From Naegleria gruberi (Eukaryota): a stretch of DNA of 8,721 nucleotides. Below the pieces are notes generated by a model. The model made no database searches and had not been told where the DNA came from. It saw only the letters and a list, made by a program, of their open reading frames with translations. Where the stretch lies: NCBI GenBank assembly GCA_000004985.1, contig GG739055.1, one strand, 5' to 3'. Both the position numbers and the translations under genes were made by a program. Of the stretch, positions 8,158-8,721 are shown one piece after another; position 1 is the stretch's first letter; the number at the start of each line of letters is the position of its first letter.

Positions 8158-8589
8158 TTATTGTAACACTGTAATGTCAATCATTAAGACTCCATTAATA
8201 GGTTCAATAGCTGGTAAATTAGGAACAACCATGTTGCTACCAGCAATTGAAATCTTGTCAAGTTCTGCTTGATAGGTATTTGCATAGGAACGTAAATTTG
8301 TGAAAACAGTATTGTCATAGTCATCAGCAGCTCCAAATATTTGTTGCACTCCACATGAAACTTTAGCAACAACGTATTGCTTTTTACAATCAAATTTACT
8401 GGCAAGAAAACTAGTTAGCTCAGTGATGGAAATTGAATATGGAGAGGAAGAGAATTCAAGTTTCATGGTAAGGTGATTCTGTTCTTTTGTGTAGGATGTT
8501 GCTTTAATGGCCTTTGTTAGAGGGTTCCTAATGGCAGAACGGGAAATGATGTTAAAAGTGATAGAGAGAGTGATTGGACCTGTGTGCAT
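8158..8589 (-). CDS. Hypothetical protein of 143 aa (MHTGPITLSITFNIISRS...). No recognisable domain.
   Basis: 432-nt ORF with a good yeast start context (cataaaaaATG). Varied codon composition. No signal peptide or transmembrane segment. Confidence 0.6.
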   Translation of the reverse strand: MHTGPITLSITFNIISRSAIRNPLTKAIKATSYTKEQNHLTMKLEFSSSPYSISITELTSFLASKFDCKKQYVVAKVSCGVQQIFGAADDYDNTVFTNLRSYANTYQAELDKISIAGSNMVVPNLPAIEPINGVLMIDITVLQ

Positions 8590-8721
8590 TTTTTATGTTT
8601 AGGTTGGATTAGTATTGGGAATGAGAATTTATTTGAACTGGAAAGCATGTTGCCGATGATATGTTCCCAATTTGACTTTCTAGTTCGTTTTGCTTTCCAC
8701 TTTCTTTCAAATTAAAGTTTA

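Noticed and set aside
1-8721. Prokaryotic defence island, operon or CRISPR array
   Set aside because: All evidence is eukaryotic: actin, F-box and ankyrin proteins, poly(dA:dT) promoters, monocistronic spacing. No direct-repeat arrays are present.

Overview
This window looks like eukaryotic nuclear DNA from an AT-rich, gene-dense yeast or fungus-like genome. The highly expressed gene uses TTG, AGA, GGT, CCA, GCT and AAG codons, typical of budding yeasts. Long ORFs have no introns. There are no prokaryotic signals: no Shine-Dalgarno-linked operon structure, no CRISPR array, and nothing resembling a defence island. Contents: (1) the 3' ~315 codons of an actin gene on the + strand, with a single N at position 87 that causes an artefactual frameshift. 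(2) A 609-bp convergent intergenic region holding a 73-nt tRNA-like element (intact acceptor, D-loop and T-arm, broken anticodon stem) and a small palindromic element present twice in opposite orientation. (3) A 663-aa conserved-looking protein of unknown function on the - strand, with a C-terminal Cys/His cluster. (4) A 1709-nt assembly gap (run of N) that truncates a large - strand gene encoding an acidic protein with an ankyrin-repeat region. (5) A 144-aa F-box protein gene only 71 bp upstream of the large gene, which may be one broken gene or simply very tight packing. (6) A 143-aa - strand ORF of unknown function. Spacers between tandem genes are only 71-157 bp. I see no evidence of a novel multi-gene system. 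The features most worth follow-up are the tRNA-like relic, which may be a Pol III/TFIIIC site, and the F-box/ankyrin gene pair.
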